A stretch of 63,958 bases of DNA, the filler included, from Circinaria calcarea (Eukaryota): the NCBI GenBank assembly GCA_051942165.1. It is 4 parts of 4 records of this genome, joined end to end, with 100 filler letters (N's around TTAATTAATTAA, not from the genome) between each part and the next. Parts side by side here need not be neighbours in the genome. Positions count along the whole stretch, not along the records: positions 16,349 to 32,574 come from JAVECS010000329.1; positions 32,675 to 48,873 come from JAVECS010000330.1; 2 more parts are not named here. One strand, written 5' to 3'. Position 1 is the stretch's first letter. Every line of letters begins with the position of its first letter. Below the pieces are notes generated by a model that was not told the DNA's origin, searched no databases, and saw only the letters and a list, made by a program, of their open reading frames with translations. Of this stretch, positions 26,751 through 39,100 are shown piece after piece. Position numbers and translations under genes: made by a program.

Positions 26751-27721
26751 ATGGCTACCACTCCCAAAGGAAAACGCATTGTCTTCACCGGTGGCTCTGG
26801 CAAAGCAGGCCGCTATTGCATAGCCTATCTCCTTTCTCGCGGGCACAAAGTCCTCAATCTTGATCTGGTCCCTTTGCCGAGTCCAGACGTCTACACCCTC
26901 AAGACCGACCTGACAGATTCGGGCCAGGTTTTCAATGCCTTGAGCAGTCACTTCAACATGGAGGGCTATGTCGGTCCGCGCGTCGAGAAAGTTGACGTGG
27001 TCATTCACTTCGCCGCATATGCTCGAAACATGCTTGTGCCTGATAATGAGTGCTTCAAAGGGAACGTTCTCAGTACTTACAATGTTATCGAAGCTGCCTG
27101 TAAGCTTGGGATCAAGAAGATTATCATCGCCAGCTCAGAAACAACCTATGGAGGTATTCACAGCTCATAGTTCCACCATTCACGTCAGCTAATACCATCT
27201 CAGTCTGCTTTACCCAGTCGGACGCAGACTACCACTCCTTTCCATTAGAAGAAGACTACGACGTCGACCCTGAAGACACATATGCCACATCCAAACTTTG
27301 TGGTGAGCGCTGTGCTCGGAGTTTTGCCAGGCGATTCGGCGCGGATATTTACGCACTCCGGATTGGCAATGTGATTGAACCCCATGAATACGAACGCGAC
27401 TTCCCCAACTACATAAACAATCCTAGCAGCCGGAAGAGGAATGCGTGGAGCTATATCGATGCGCGCGACCTTGGCCAAATCTGCGACCTGTGCGTCAAAA
27501 AGGACGGACTGGGGTTTCAAGTATTCAATGCCACGAATGATACCATTACGACGAGAGTGCCGACTACAGAGTTCTTGAAAAAGGAGTGTCCTGGAGTACC
27601 GATCACCAGGGAGATGGGGGAATGGGAAGCGCCGTTGAGCAATCGTAAGATCAGGGAGGTTCTGGGGTATAAGGACGTACATAATTGGAGGAATTATGTG
27701 AGCCCTTCGCGATATAGTTAG
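26751..27721 (+). CDS. NAD-dependent epimerase/dehydratase (extended SDR)
   Basis: TGGSGKAG Rossmann motif, ASSETTYG, intron ~27154-27203, YATSK catalytic motif, WSYIDARD. Confidence 0.92.
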
Positions 27722-28565
27722 TTCGGTGCGAACAGTGAACGAGGTGGACGTGCTGGGCCCTGAGATGACCTGAAAACCTCCCACTCTGATATAAACCTAA
27801 AGTCCGTTGTAAAATAGACAATAGTAACAGCCTGACTGCACGGCAATTATGACACATACACCCACAGAATCACTTCTTAACCCAGATTTTCGACACAATG
27901 CCCTAATTCACTGTCTCCCTCGTTACCATATTGTTTTTTTAAATGAACCCCTATTAATACCTTGTATATCTCGCAATCTAAAATCCGTTTCTGTGTATTT
28001 CATGGTATTTATCGGTGTTGTGTGTCATATATTACAAGGGTATTATGGTATTCTTCATTATTCTTCTCTAAAACACCAGGGCGTTGTTCTCAATTAGGGG
28101 TTTCTTATTCGGCTATCCGATTCTCCGGAATTACAACCGAAAACGAATTGTTTTGGGCGGGGGGGGGAATTCCTTTATCATCCCTTTGTTCCGAGCTGCT
28201 TAGTACCCCAAGTATGGATTTTCAGAATCCCCGAGGAGGGGGAGTTCTTGGACGTGTGGGGAATAAAAAGGGAATCTATTCATCAACGGGATACTTGAGC
28301 AAAAGTTCTAGTTGCTAGGGAGTTTCTGTGGACTCGAGGAAGGACTTTACTATTTAGACGTGAGATTTAGGTAAGCGTTAGAGCTGCAATGGGATAGAGT
28401 GATCGTGTGCGGTTGACTGGTTAATTGTGCCAATCGTGCGTAGTTGATAAGGTACATCGAGATATTAGGAACAGCACCGCATGATTTTGAACTATTGCCC
28501 ACTTACCATAAAACTGCCAACTTAAAAAGGTCTCACACCATATGTGAAGGATGGAAACACAACCG

Positions 28566-29495
28566 TCAAGGAGGAGTAGCTGTACCCGAGGTCGTCGCAG
28601 CAACGACCGGAGTCCTCGGTGCATACCTCTGATAAAGACTGATCAACCGCGCCAGCGACTCCTTGGTCAAGCGCCCGATGATCTGGCAATGCGCCACGTA
28701 ATTCCGCGAAACTGGGTACGTGATTTGCGCCGTGCTGATGGGGGAGAACCAGTTTTCGGTGCTCTTCATGAACTCGGTGAGCAGGGGCTGGTGCTCGGTC
28801 AAGGGGTTGAAGTCCCCAGGGCGGCGGTGGTCCCTGATGGATACAAACTCCCACTTTTGCCTCTTCTGCTCGAGGCCCCGGCCGACGTGGGTGTAGAGAG
28901 GAATGGCGACGTAGTGGTTTTCGTACTGGCCGATAACGATCATGGGCCGTGATTTGGTGTAGATGAGCCCGAACTCTCGGCTCTTGGTTTCGAACTTGTT
29001 CAGCACGGGGAACTCCTGCCCCAGGTGTTGTTCGTGGAGGATGGCTTTAATGATGGTACCCGCCACGTATTCCTTCTTCATGTCTTCCGGGGTCTTCCGT
29101 GCTTCTTTCAGCACCAGGTGGGAGTTGCGTTGGTCCACGGGTAGCGAGATTTGTTTCATATAGCGATCCCCCGTTCCCGATCGGGGTCGAGGCGTGCTTA
29201 CAGGTTTGTATGCAATATTCGGCCGTTTCGATTGCGGCGACGGGTCTGGGGAAGGCAGGACGTTGCTCCGGCTTCGCTTCCGCTTGGTCTGGACCTCCTG
29301 GAATCCATCATCGTCGTCTTCTGGTTGAACAGGCGGTCTACCCCGATCGGATTCGGTCTGTGTCTGACCAGGTTTCGGGGTGGTCCCGGATTTTGTAGTC
29401 TTGTGAAGTGGGATGTCGGTCTCGATGGTATCAACCATTGCATCCGGATCGTCCGACTCATCCCAATCCTCCTTAATCTGACCTAATCTCTTCAT
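28566..29495 (-). CDS. Hypothetical protein: disordered N-terminus plus putative PemK/MazF-like (DUF6590-like) domain
   Basis: 309-aa open frame; basic patch KRKRSRS; domain motifs GTII, KSRPMIV, VAIPLYT and IGRL. An upstream exon cannot be excluded. Confidence 0.75.
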   Translation of the reverse strand: MKRLGQIKEDWDESDDPDAMVDTIETDIPLHKTTKSGTTPKPGQTQTESDRGRPPVQPEDDDDGFQEVQTKRKRSRSNVLPSPDPSPQSKRPNIAYKPVSTPRPRSGTGDRYMKQISLPVDQRNSHLVLKEARKTPEDMKKEYVAGTIIKAILHEQHLGQEFPVLNKFETKSREFGLIYTKSRPMIVIGQYENHYVAIPLYTHVGRGLEQKRQKWEFVSIRDHRRPGDFNPLTEHQPLLTEFMKSTENWFSPISTAQITYPVSRNYVAHCQIIGRLTKESLARLISLYQRYAPRTPVVAATTSGTATPP

Positions 29496-32229
29496 CCTCG
29501 AGAAAGTTGGATGTTCGAATTCGTAAGACGTAAAATAGTATACCTGATCTTTGATCTAGCTGATTCTCGCCGATGGGCAAATCGTAAGAGTGACAATGCG
29601 AGCTTTTGGGAGGGCACGATATGAACCGAATTTACCGCTTTAAGGACCTTTGATCCAATGAACCCGCTTTGTTTCGCTGTACGTTATCGCGTCCACCACA
29701 GAATGTCTGTTCTCGGATTAGGCTCTTTTTGGTGTCTCTGTCGTCGTCAGGAAATCAATGAAGAAGTAAGTCACGAACCCTTAGTTAGGTTAGAGGTTTC
29801 TTTTCCTGACTATAGCGTTTGAGTTTTCTAATTACGAAAATGTTTGCCTGTACAAGTTATTGTAAGCGACGAATTCTCTTATTGTTAGTCCTTTGTGAAG
29901 TGGCTTGCCACGGTAAGAGATACAAAGTATAATATGGTCCAAAGATTACCGACTATAAAATGCTGTACATACGATGACTTGTAAGATAGTCGCTGAGTTA
30001 CGGTTAGGGAGTCAGAGCAAAGAGTTACCAAAAGCATGGGAATTAAGGGAATGTTCAATGCGGGCTTAGCGCTCGTGAGACACAGCAGACCAGCTGAGCT
30101 CGAATAATGCTGTCAATGCAGAACGAACTGCCACCTCCTGTGCAAAGATGTCAAGATGATGAAAGAATGGAAGACGAAACTATGTGGTGGTAAAGGAGCA
30201 CTCATCGCCTCAGTATATTATTGGGATTGAGAACTAGGTCCGCAGTCAGTACATGTTACATGCGCCATGGAGCAGAACAGACTCCAATCATGGCTGACCG
30301 AAGCATGATCATGTAGGAACATAAGGTGACCAGTGTTTGCCCTACCGTCCCCATCGCAGGTTAAATTGCGAACGAGATTATGGAAGGGGCTCAGAGGCAC
30401 AAAGCTCGAGTAACGAGTCCATGAAGTAACTCGGATTTTCTATGAAGTAGCTCGACGTTTTCATGAAGTAGCAGACTTGTACTGTAGATCAGCAGAATGA
30501 AAGCAGGCCGGGAAATTAAGGCTGGGCACAAAGAGAATGTAAAGAATGAGTGGGAAGGCATCAAATCAACCTGGACTCTGCTCCCTTAGAGAGAACTATC
30601 TGAAGACACCAGACTCTTGGAACCAGTCAATTGTTTGATGAAGGGAGTAACAACCATGGAAATCCAAGAACATATTGCACAGATGTCCCATTGCAGGACG
30701 AAGAGCTAAATGCCCGCATCACCAGCCTAACAAGCTTTTTTCATGGTGACTGAGTCGAAGCTCAACTTTGACTGATACTCTCATAAAAACAGTGGAACAG
30801 TAGACATGGGCTTTACCGCGAAAGATGCCTCGTTCCGGAGGAGACACAGGAGGATGGAAAGTTTCTCAAGCTAAACAATTTCCGTATCGGCATCAGCGTT
30901 GTAACACCCGACCTAAACCTACATAGGTAAGGTGGTCTCTATCAGCTTCTATCTAAAAATAAACACGCTGCTCGGTTTACCAGTACTCATGACCATTGAG
31001 TAATTCGACATCCGTCTTCTTGTACGACCATCTCCTCGCCACAATCTGACAACCGCCCCCACCTCGAGCTGCAGCCTCGTTACCCTCTCACCTATTCCTC
31101 GTCAAATTCTTCTCGTCCTTTCACCTTACCTATTGTCGTCAATTTCAGATGAGCTTGGTATATCTAACCATCTCGAGGCTTTACTCATCCGCGTCGATTT
31201 TACATCTACTTTACTCTTTGCTCCTCTCATAAGCCGCCAAGAATCCAAGAACATCCCGCTGCCTCTTTCGCCTTCTCTCCAGAATGCTACCCTTTCATTC
31301 AGCCCCAGCGGGTCCTCGTTCCACTCGGAGCGCTGCACTGTAAAGTCAAGTGGAAGAGCCCCACCGCTAGGACGGAGGATGACACTTTTATGGAGTTCGC
31401 GGCGGCAAGAATACAGTAAGCTTCAGCCCGCTGTGAACCGCTGACTCACAGCGTGGGACGAATCCTTTTACTTGTGCGCTCGTCTTAAAATATTATTTTG
31501 AAGCTATATGTTATCACGTGCATGGCGGTTTGTGGTTGCATATCCATTCAGGTCAGATGTGAGGCCAGCTTTGGGGAAGCGAACAGCCCTCTTAAGGATT
31601 ATTCCTCTCGGCATCCTTCGGGGATGTAGCAGCTGAACCATAGCCAAGGACTGTGGGAGGCGGTTAAAATATTTTAAGCAAAGTGTGTATTGGGACACAA
31701 ACCGTTTCTAAGCGCAGTGGCGTTTTGGAGGCCGGAGTGCGTATTAACGGGATAGAAAGTTATCGGTGAATGACCCATTACTGTCACGTTTCTACTCGAG
31801 ATGGTGCTCACTTAACCTCCAAAGGGCGAACACCGGCGAAGATACTGAACAGAAGCAGGCGGGATGGTTTTATGAAACCTTATACTCTCTTGCTGTCTCT
31901 CTAAGAGTCTAATCAGTACGTGGTACAAGCGCGAGCCATGCGTTTCTAGTGGATAGCTGCTTATTGTGGCTGTAACCGGGTGCGTGTCTTTTGACTAATC
32001 GGCTTCTATAGGTAGGTAGGCTTTCATTCCTAGAGTAAGCCGCTGAAGCTCAACCTTCGTATTTTTACTCGGAGTTGCAATAATGGTGGTCAGCAAGTCG
32101 AAATGCACCGTATCCTGGCCTCGTCATCCTCTCTCATCATAACATGCACTGCAGTTACCTAATTGCCCCTGAGCTGAGTGTATTACAGCTGATGTCATAT
32201 GCTTGTATGCTTGATAAGAAGATGATGTG

Positions 32230-32236
32230 TATATAA
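32230..32236 (+). promoter_or_regulatory. TATA box candidate for the haloperoxidase gene
   Basis: TATATAA about 110 bp upstream of the ATG at 32347. Confidence 0.45.
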
Positions 32237-32346
32237 GGACAAGTGAAGTCGCTGCACTCTTCTTAACTTATATTCAATTCGATACAGACAGAGGCATTCA
32301 TCAAAGAAACGAAAAGACTGTATAGCGTTCATTTTACTTCTAAATT

Positions 32347-32574
32347 ATGGTTGTCCTTCCTCCAACAGGCGAGCCGCCTGAGTATAACTCCAACTACATA
32401 CTCTATTGGAACAACCTTGCCCTCGATCTCAACCGCCTTACAGTATCGCTGTCCAACGGACCTAATAATGGCCCAGCGTCTGCCTCACGGGCACTCGGTA
32501 TACTACATCTGGCCATCAACGACGCCTACTTTGCGATCCACCCTGATGAAAGCGGAACAGCTACTACCTATTTG
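32347..32574 (+). CDS. Vanadium chloroperoxidase, N-terminal 76 aa (cut by contig end)
   Basis: EPPEYNSNYILYWN...GP...SRALGILHLAINDAYF closely resembles the Curvularia inaequalis VCPO N-terminus as I recall it (EPEEYNTNYILFWN...ARALGMLHLAIHDAYF). Confidence 0.88.
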
Positions 32575-32674
32575 NNNNNNNNNNNNNNNNNNNNNNNNNN
32601 NNNNNNNNNNNNNNNNNNTTAATTAATTAANNNNNNNNNNNNNNNNNNNNNNNNNNNNNNNNNNNNNNNNNNNN
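32575..32674. other. Artificial contig linker
   Basis: N44-TTAATTAATTAA-N44. Confidence 0.97.
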
Positions 32675-32790
32675 GTTACATAGGGTGTAGTTGAACTGTT
32701 GCCCTAGGCTCAATAGTATGGAGTCTATTGAACACGGTCTATAAGCATGCTATTCTAAAGAGCGGGAATAGCCTGCTATATATAATGCTC

Positions 32791-32903
32791 TGCTCACCCT
32801 GCTCACCCTGCTCACCTCCATGAGCACCATGAGCACACCGAGCACCCTGCTCACCCTGCTCACCCTGCTCACCTCCATGAGCACCATGAGCACCATGAGC
32901 ACC
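32791..32903. repeat. Compound minisatellite: two ~57-bp units of 9-bp TGCTCACCC and ATGAGCACC monomers
   Basis: Units start at 32791 and 32848. Confidence 0.9.
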
Positions 32904-33185
32904 TCGGTGGTGGAGGTTCCCCCGACCCGTGGTCCTTCCCAACTGGGTCTAGTGCATGTCATGGCGGGCACGCCATAACAACTGAACAAGAAGCTTAGGC
33001 CAATCCAAACAGCGAAAGTTTGTATTTGTGGGACAGCATGATGTAAATCGAAAATAGAAACGATATAGCACCATATTCCCCCTTATATCTGCTCGGATCA
33101 ATCCCTTTGTCTTTCCCCGACGCTCGTTTTCCCATTCTTACAGCTGCAAATACGAACAGCGTCATCTAGCTCACCCGCCAAGATT

Positions 33186-36100
33186 TTAAGAAACGATGCC
33201 AGATCGATAGCGACTCTTCCCCGCAGCAAGCGCACTCAGCGCCACAACGCTCCCACTCTCCAAGATGTCGACGACAGTAATCTCGGCCTTAACCTCCGTG
33301 GCGAACCAATACCGGATCTCCACCGCCACCAATGAGTCGATTCCAAAGCTGTGCAGCGGCTTGTTGGCATCAATGTCTTCGAGCGGGAGGGAGAGGAATT
33401 TTGAGAGCCGGTAGATCAGCGCTTGATAGACGGTTTCCTCAAGCGCCTCCGGGGAGCCAGCGGAGCGGAACAGGGCTTTAAAATCGACGGAGTTGTCTTG
33501 GTCGTCTTCGGGGGTATCGCTTTTCCGGCTATCCATGTAAGCGAGGTTCCGGAAAAGAGGCGTATGCATCCAGAAAGGTTCGCCGTAGCCTTTTGATTTC
33601 AGGGAGGCGGGCGTGTCGATTCCGGTGACGACTTGGCTTTTCGACGCTGATTGGATCGGGAGGTTCGGGTCGCAGTAGTAGTCTAGGATGGCGTGGAGCT
33701 CCGGTTCTCGCATCTTCATATAGCCTGCCGTCGCTACGGATGCTGCCGTGGTCTCCTCGTTCTCTGCCACGTAGCCGATTGAATGGATCCTGCCAAGGTC
33801 GAGAGAGACCGCTTTCTGCCCAAAGCTGGCCCGGTAATGAGCGAGTGCGTCTTGATAGGTATTCCCGCAGGCATAATTGGCTTGGCCGCGGTTCCCTGTC
33901 ACGCCTGCCATGGACGAGAGAAGGATGAAGAAATCCATGTCTTGAGGGAGCTGAGTGTGCAGGTTCCAAGAGCCGTGGACTTTGGGGGCTAGCACGGTCT
34001 TGAAATCGTCTAAAGAAAGGTTCTCAAAGATACCATCCTAAACTCATTAGCCAGGTGATAATCACGCTAAATATAACATTACGTGGCTTACCTTCAGCAC
34101 CATAGATCCTTGAACGCAACCTTTTATAGGTGGCATGTACTTTGCACAACTATCCAAGACCAGCGATAAGGAGTTCGGGTTGCTCACATCACATGAAGGA
34201 GCTGCAATCACAATCCCTTCATCTTTCATCTCGTTCACTAGCTCGATAGCGGCCTCACTCTTGCTGCCTGAACGAGAAAGGAGTATAAGGTTCTTTGCGC
34301 CTCGGCGGACCATCCAACGAGCAATACTTCTGCCAAGCCCACCAAGCCCGCCTGCGATGACATAGGTTGCGTGTTGATCGAAAGTGTACGTTGATGCGGT
34401 ATCGGGCTCAACCTATAGCGAAGACATATTAAATTGACAGGATCGGTACGCAGGAGATTGTGGTCCAACTTGCCGGCACCACGTCATCGTCGTGCATTTC
34501 AATGACGGTTTTCCCGGTGTTTTTCCCGCCCTGCAGATATCGGAAAGCTTCTAAGAATTGGCTGCTGGGGTAGACGTGTAGTGGGTGTGGAGCTAGACCG
34601 TCAACTCAAATCTTGATCAGAGAACAAAAGATGAACTGTATTTGCATCATGAGAGGAAAGTCTTACTAGTGATCTTTTTGTTCTCAAACAGACCCATCAC
34701 AGTTCTCATTAGTTTGCCCAGAAGAGATATGTTGTCTCGCGCAATGAGAGCAAGGTCGAGAGAAGCAAAGATGACGTTTCTGGAGAATGGAAACATCGGC
34801 AGGGTTTTGTGTGAATAGATGTCACGTTTCCCAATCTCTATAAATCTCCCAAAATTCCCGACACATTCCCAAGAGTTCCTGAGACCTTCGCCAGCAAGGG
34901 AATTGAGCACAACGTCAACTCCACGGTTCTTTGTCATCCTTTTGATACCTTGGGCAAACGACTCGTTTCTGCTGGAGAAGATGTGATCTTCCGGGATATC
35001 ATAAAGCTGCATAACTAGCTTCTTCTTCTCTTCAGTTCCAACGGTAGTATAGATCTCCGCATGGAGAAGTTTGGATAGCTGGATAGCTGCCTGGCCAACA
35101 CCTCCTGCTCCACAATGAATCAGGATTGATTCACCGCTTCTTATTCTGGCAATGTTAAAGAGAGCATGGTAAGCTGTGCAATATATAGTCTGGAAGGAAG
35201 CCGCGGCGGAGAAGGGAAGGTCATCTGGGATTTTGACGACGTTTTCGGCTTTGGTGCGCACATGGGTCTTGTACGTCCCATGGCCAAAACAACAAACTCG
35301 GTCTCCCGGCTGGAATTTGTGGTTAACCTCTTTTCCTACTCGGGTTATGGTCCCGGCGCATTCTCCCCCAAGATAGTCGCTCGCAACTTGACCTAAAGCA
35401 ATCATCACGTCAATAAAATTGACACCACTAGCCTTAACTTTGACTTCAACCTCATTAGCCGCTAGAGGTTGCTTGAATTCAGGGTCGTCAACGAAGCGTA
35501 AAGTATCAAGGAGACCAGGACAACCAACGATCAGCTTCAATGACCGCGTAGATTCCCGTCCAAACTCTTGAAGTTCCGGATGCGGAGGCGCTGTCGAGGA
35601 GAATATCTTTTGATCCAGGTAGTTGGCCTGAACGAGGCGGCTAATCTGTAGGAGCCCGCCTTGCTCGCAATACTCTCGTTCAATATGATCTTGCCGAGGT
35701 TTGATTGTGGCAGCGATTATCTTCAACACAGCATCGACTACTTCCGAGGTCCGAAGCACATTTTCAAGCGCTACAGTAACAAATTTGAAATGGCTGATTT
35801 CCGAGGAAACGCATCTGGAAAGACCGTGAACAAGGCCAAACTCGGGTTTCATTCTAGCATTCGAATCCTTCGGTGTCGTCCAAAGAATTCCCATAGCAGA
35901 AGCGATCATTCTCTGAAGATTTGAATATTCATCCTCGTTTAGATTAAGAAGATATGGTTCCTCAAGCTCAGGTAGGAAGATGCAGAAAGCCTGCTGATAG
36001 TCTGTCAGAGCCAAATCCCGAGGATCCATGACATCGCAAGTCGATACGTTTAGCAGTCTCAATTTGTGCTCTAGCTGTGAGGCAATACTACGCTGCAACG

Positions 36101-39100
36101 GAGAACTGTCTGCAGCGATGATTTTGATTTTCGGTAAATCTAAAGGAGGATTGGTAGGTCTCAGGGCTGTGGATATGATGAGACTGCCGAGATGGTTGCA
36201 AGGATCTTTGTAGTCTCGAAGGGAAATATCTGCTCCTGAATATCCAGCATTGGACAGGGTCTCATGCCAGTCTTCTTCCGTTAAGAGAGGTCCCCATTGC
36301 CGGTTATGCTCGATACCTAATAAACTCATTAATACTGCAGAAACCGCAAGAATAGCAAATACTTACTAAGCCACCATCCAGGTAGTAGGCCAAAAGCAAA
36401 GCCAGCCCGAACGACTGCAGGGTTGCAGCTCTCAATCAGGACGAGTTTACCCCCCCTATATGTATTAGTATTGAAATATCCTACTATTTTGAGAAATCAC
36501 GTTCACTTACGGCTTTAGTAGTTTACGGGTATTCTCCAATGTTACGCTCAGGTTCGCTGTGGCATGAAGTACCTGACACAAACAAACATTAGCAAATAGC
36601 TTTCAGGAAAAGATATTGCATACGTTGGCGGCCACTATTACATCATACCCTCCGGCCTTATATCCCTGCTCGAGAGGGTCTTTTTCTATATCCAACGTCT
36701 TGAATGTCATTCGATCGCTATATTCTTGAAATCGTTCTTGTGCCTTTTCAAAGAATGCTGGAGAAATATCGGTGAAAGAATATTCAGAGTACTTCGGTGC
36801 AACAGGTTTTCCTTCTCGATAAGTCAAAGACCGTAAGACCGGTGCAGTCGAACCCCCCGTTCCTGCCCCAATCTCTAATATTTTCAGATTTGGGTCCTTA
36901 TGAGTGAGTAAGTCTAGGTAGACTGTAAGCCTTTGATAGTTGGGATCTTGATCGCTCATATGGCGATAAAAATTTTCTGCGAGATTTCCGTTAAACAGAA
37001 GTGCAAGGGCGTCGACTTCTCCATGGAGGATAGCGGTAAGGCTCCTTCCAACTGCCACAATAAGCCTCCCTTCCGGGTTACTATGCTCCACGCGATGAAA
37101 TAGGTCCTTCTGGAAGTCTTCGTTACCCATCAGCTCATTCCACTGTAGCTGATCATGTGGTAACTCTCCAAGACTGAATCTCTCAATTTGGCGCTTCATC
37201 CATTGGTGATACCTCTGAAGATGGGGCTTTGCGGTCATCATCCTTTCCGGTGATATTTCTGCCAAGGTCTTTGCAATAAACAGAAAACAAGTAAATTCTA
37301 GGTCTTCAAGAATCTTGTCATCATTGAGAGTAGAGCCATTCGTGCCAGCCATGCAGTATTCTGAAATCTGTTGATTATCTAACAGATCAAGCTCTGGTTT
37401 CCAATCTATGTTATAGCAAAGATGTCGGCGCTTGTCCTGAGAGGATGACATCACATCCAGATTAGCCAAGGCTGTTAATTGAAATCCTTTTATAATGATC
37501 CGAGGCTCATCAGTAATATTATCTAAAGCCATGATAGTTGATTCTACCTGATTAAACCCGTGGAATTTGGAAGTTGTCGAGATTTTGACGCAATCGTTAA
37601 CGGACCGGCGGCTGCTGATGCTACTCGATATCCAAAAATCCTGGATCCTCGTTGGTAGCGTAGGTGGAATCAGCTCTCTTGCTCCCTTTGTTAGAGCTAC
37701 CCCAGTAATCTGAAGGACGCCATCTAGCGCCGTAGGGTGAATAAGGTGCTCCTGAACTTGACATTTCGGTACTTTGGTGGTCCACTCAGAGAGTTTAACG
37801 AGAGCCGTCGCCTCGTTCTCATCGTTGCAGGAGATATCATGAAGGGTTTGAAAAGTTGGGCCAAAGCTGTAGCTGGAGTTTTCGAGGACTTCGTATAGCT
37901 GGTTAGTGCTCACTGCTCTCCTGCAGAGGCTCGAACAGGTCTCAAACACTCGTTTAGATGCTATAAGTTCCTCAGTCGCCTCCCTACCGTTATCCACTTC
38001 AATCTCAGCTTCTGCATAGTCCACACCTACAACACCGTAGCAGTTTTCGACCCATTCTTCGTTCTGGTAGGAACAGAGCCGAAACTCGCTCCACTCAGAA
38101 GATTTATTATTCTCACCTCTGCGTGAGCGCAGATAAAAGTTCGTTTCCACACCGAGGTCGGTTGAAGGTATTATCAACGCTTTGTGGAAGGTGGTATCCT
38201 TGATTCGGTACCCTCTCACAATCCGCTTTGGGTCCACGAGCTGACGTTGAGCTTCTATCGCCATAACGAGCATCCCGGAAGCGGGATACAGTTGAGAGTC
38301 GTTAACCTGCAACTTGTTAGTGGGATACCAAAAGAGAAGCTAATCTTTACCTTATGATCTTTAACCCATGGGCTCTCAGAAACCTTGATGAAGTTACGCC
38401 ATCTGGCTTCGAGTTGATTCCAATCGATGGCGGCGGTGCCAAGGAGCTCGTGTCGAGGATATTTACGAAATCTGAAATTTGAGCTCAAGCGGCTTTCGAG
38501 CCAGTATGTCTGCGAGTGATTGAAAGGATATTCCGGGAGATCAACCAGCATTTGAATATCTGTCATTTTACCGCTCAGATTGTTCACCCTATTAACATCC
38601 ACCTTATAACCTCTGCAATACAAATCACCAGCCATTTCCATCGACGTTTGCAAAGCAGATACGCCCCGTATAAGAACCGAGCTGTATTGAATACTTTTAC
38701 TTAACCGAATCTGTTTGAGTACATCACTGACAGGACGGCGCAGCGTACTATGAGGACCAACTTCGAGTAGGTGATCGATTTGAACGTTTTGAAACCCTTT
38801 TTGGAGGGGTTGCGAGCACATTTTCATTAGCGCATTTGAAAATCGAACTGGTGAGATTAGATTCCGTACCCAATACTCGGCTCGACAAAGCTCATCAGCT
38901 GAAACCTCATCACACGATACCGACGAGAACATTGTAGTAGATTCCGATCTACTTGCAAGGATGCATCCGGAGGCTATATCTTGTATGGAAGCTGCATACT
39001 CTGCTGCAATACTCTGCATGTATATCGAATGATATGCAACATCCACCTTGAGTTTGGCGGAAAAGACCTTTTCTCGGTCCATGCTTACTTTTAAAGCGTC

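Noticed and set aside
29600..32200. Genes or an antitoxin partner upstream of the MazF-like ORF
   Set aside because: Only short motif-less ORFs with no convincing splice model.
32791..32903. CRISPR-like array
   Set aside because: No unique spacers, no cas genes, eukaryotic context.
32739..32989. Repeat-peptide ORFs (GAH/GEQ; VLM/VSR) as RiPP-like precursors
   Set aside because: They are translations of the minisatellite; no signal peptide, Kex2 sites or DUF3328 neighbour.
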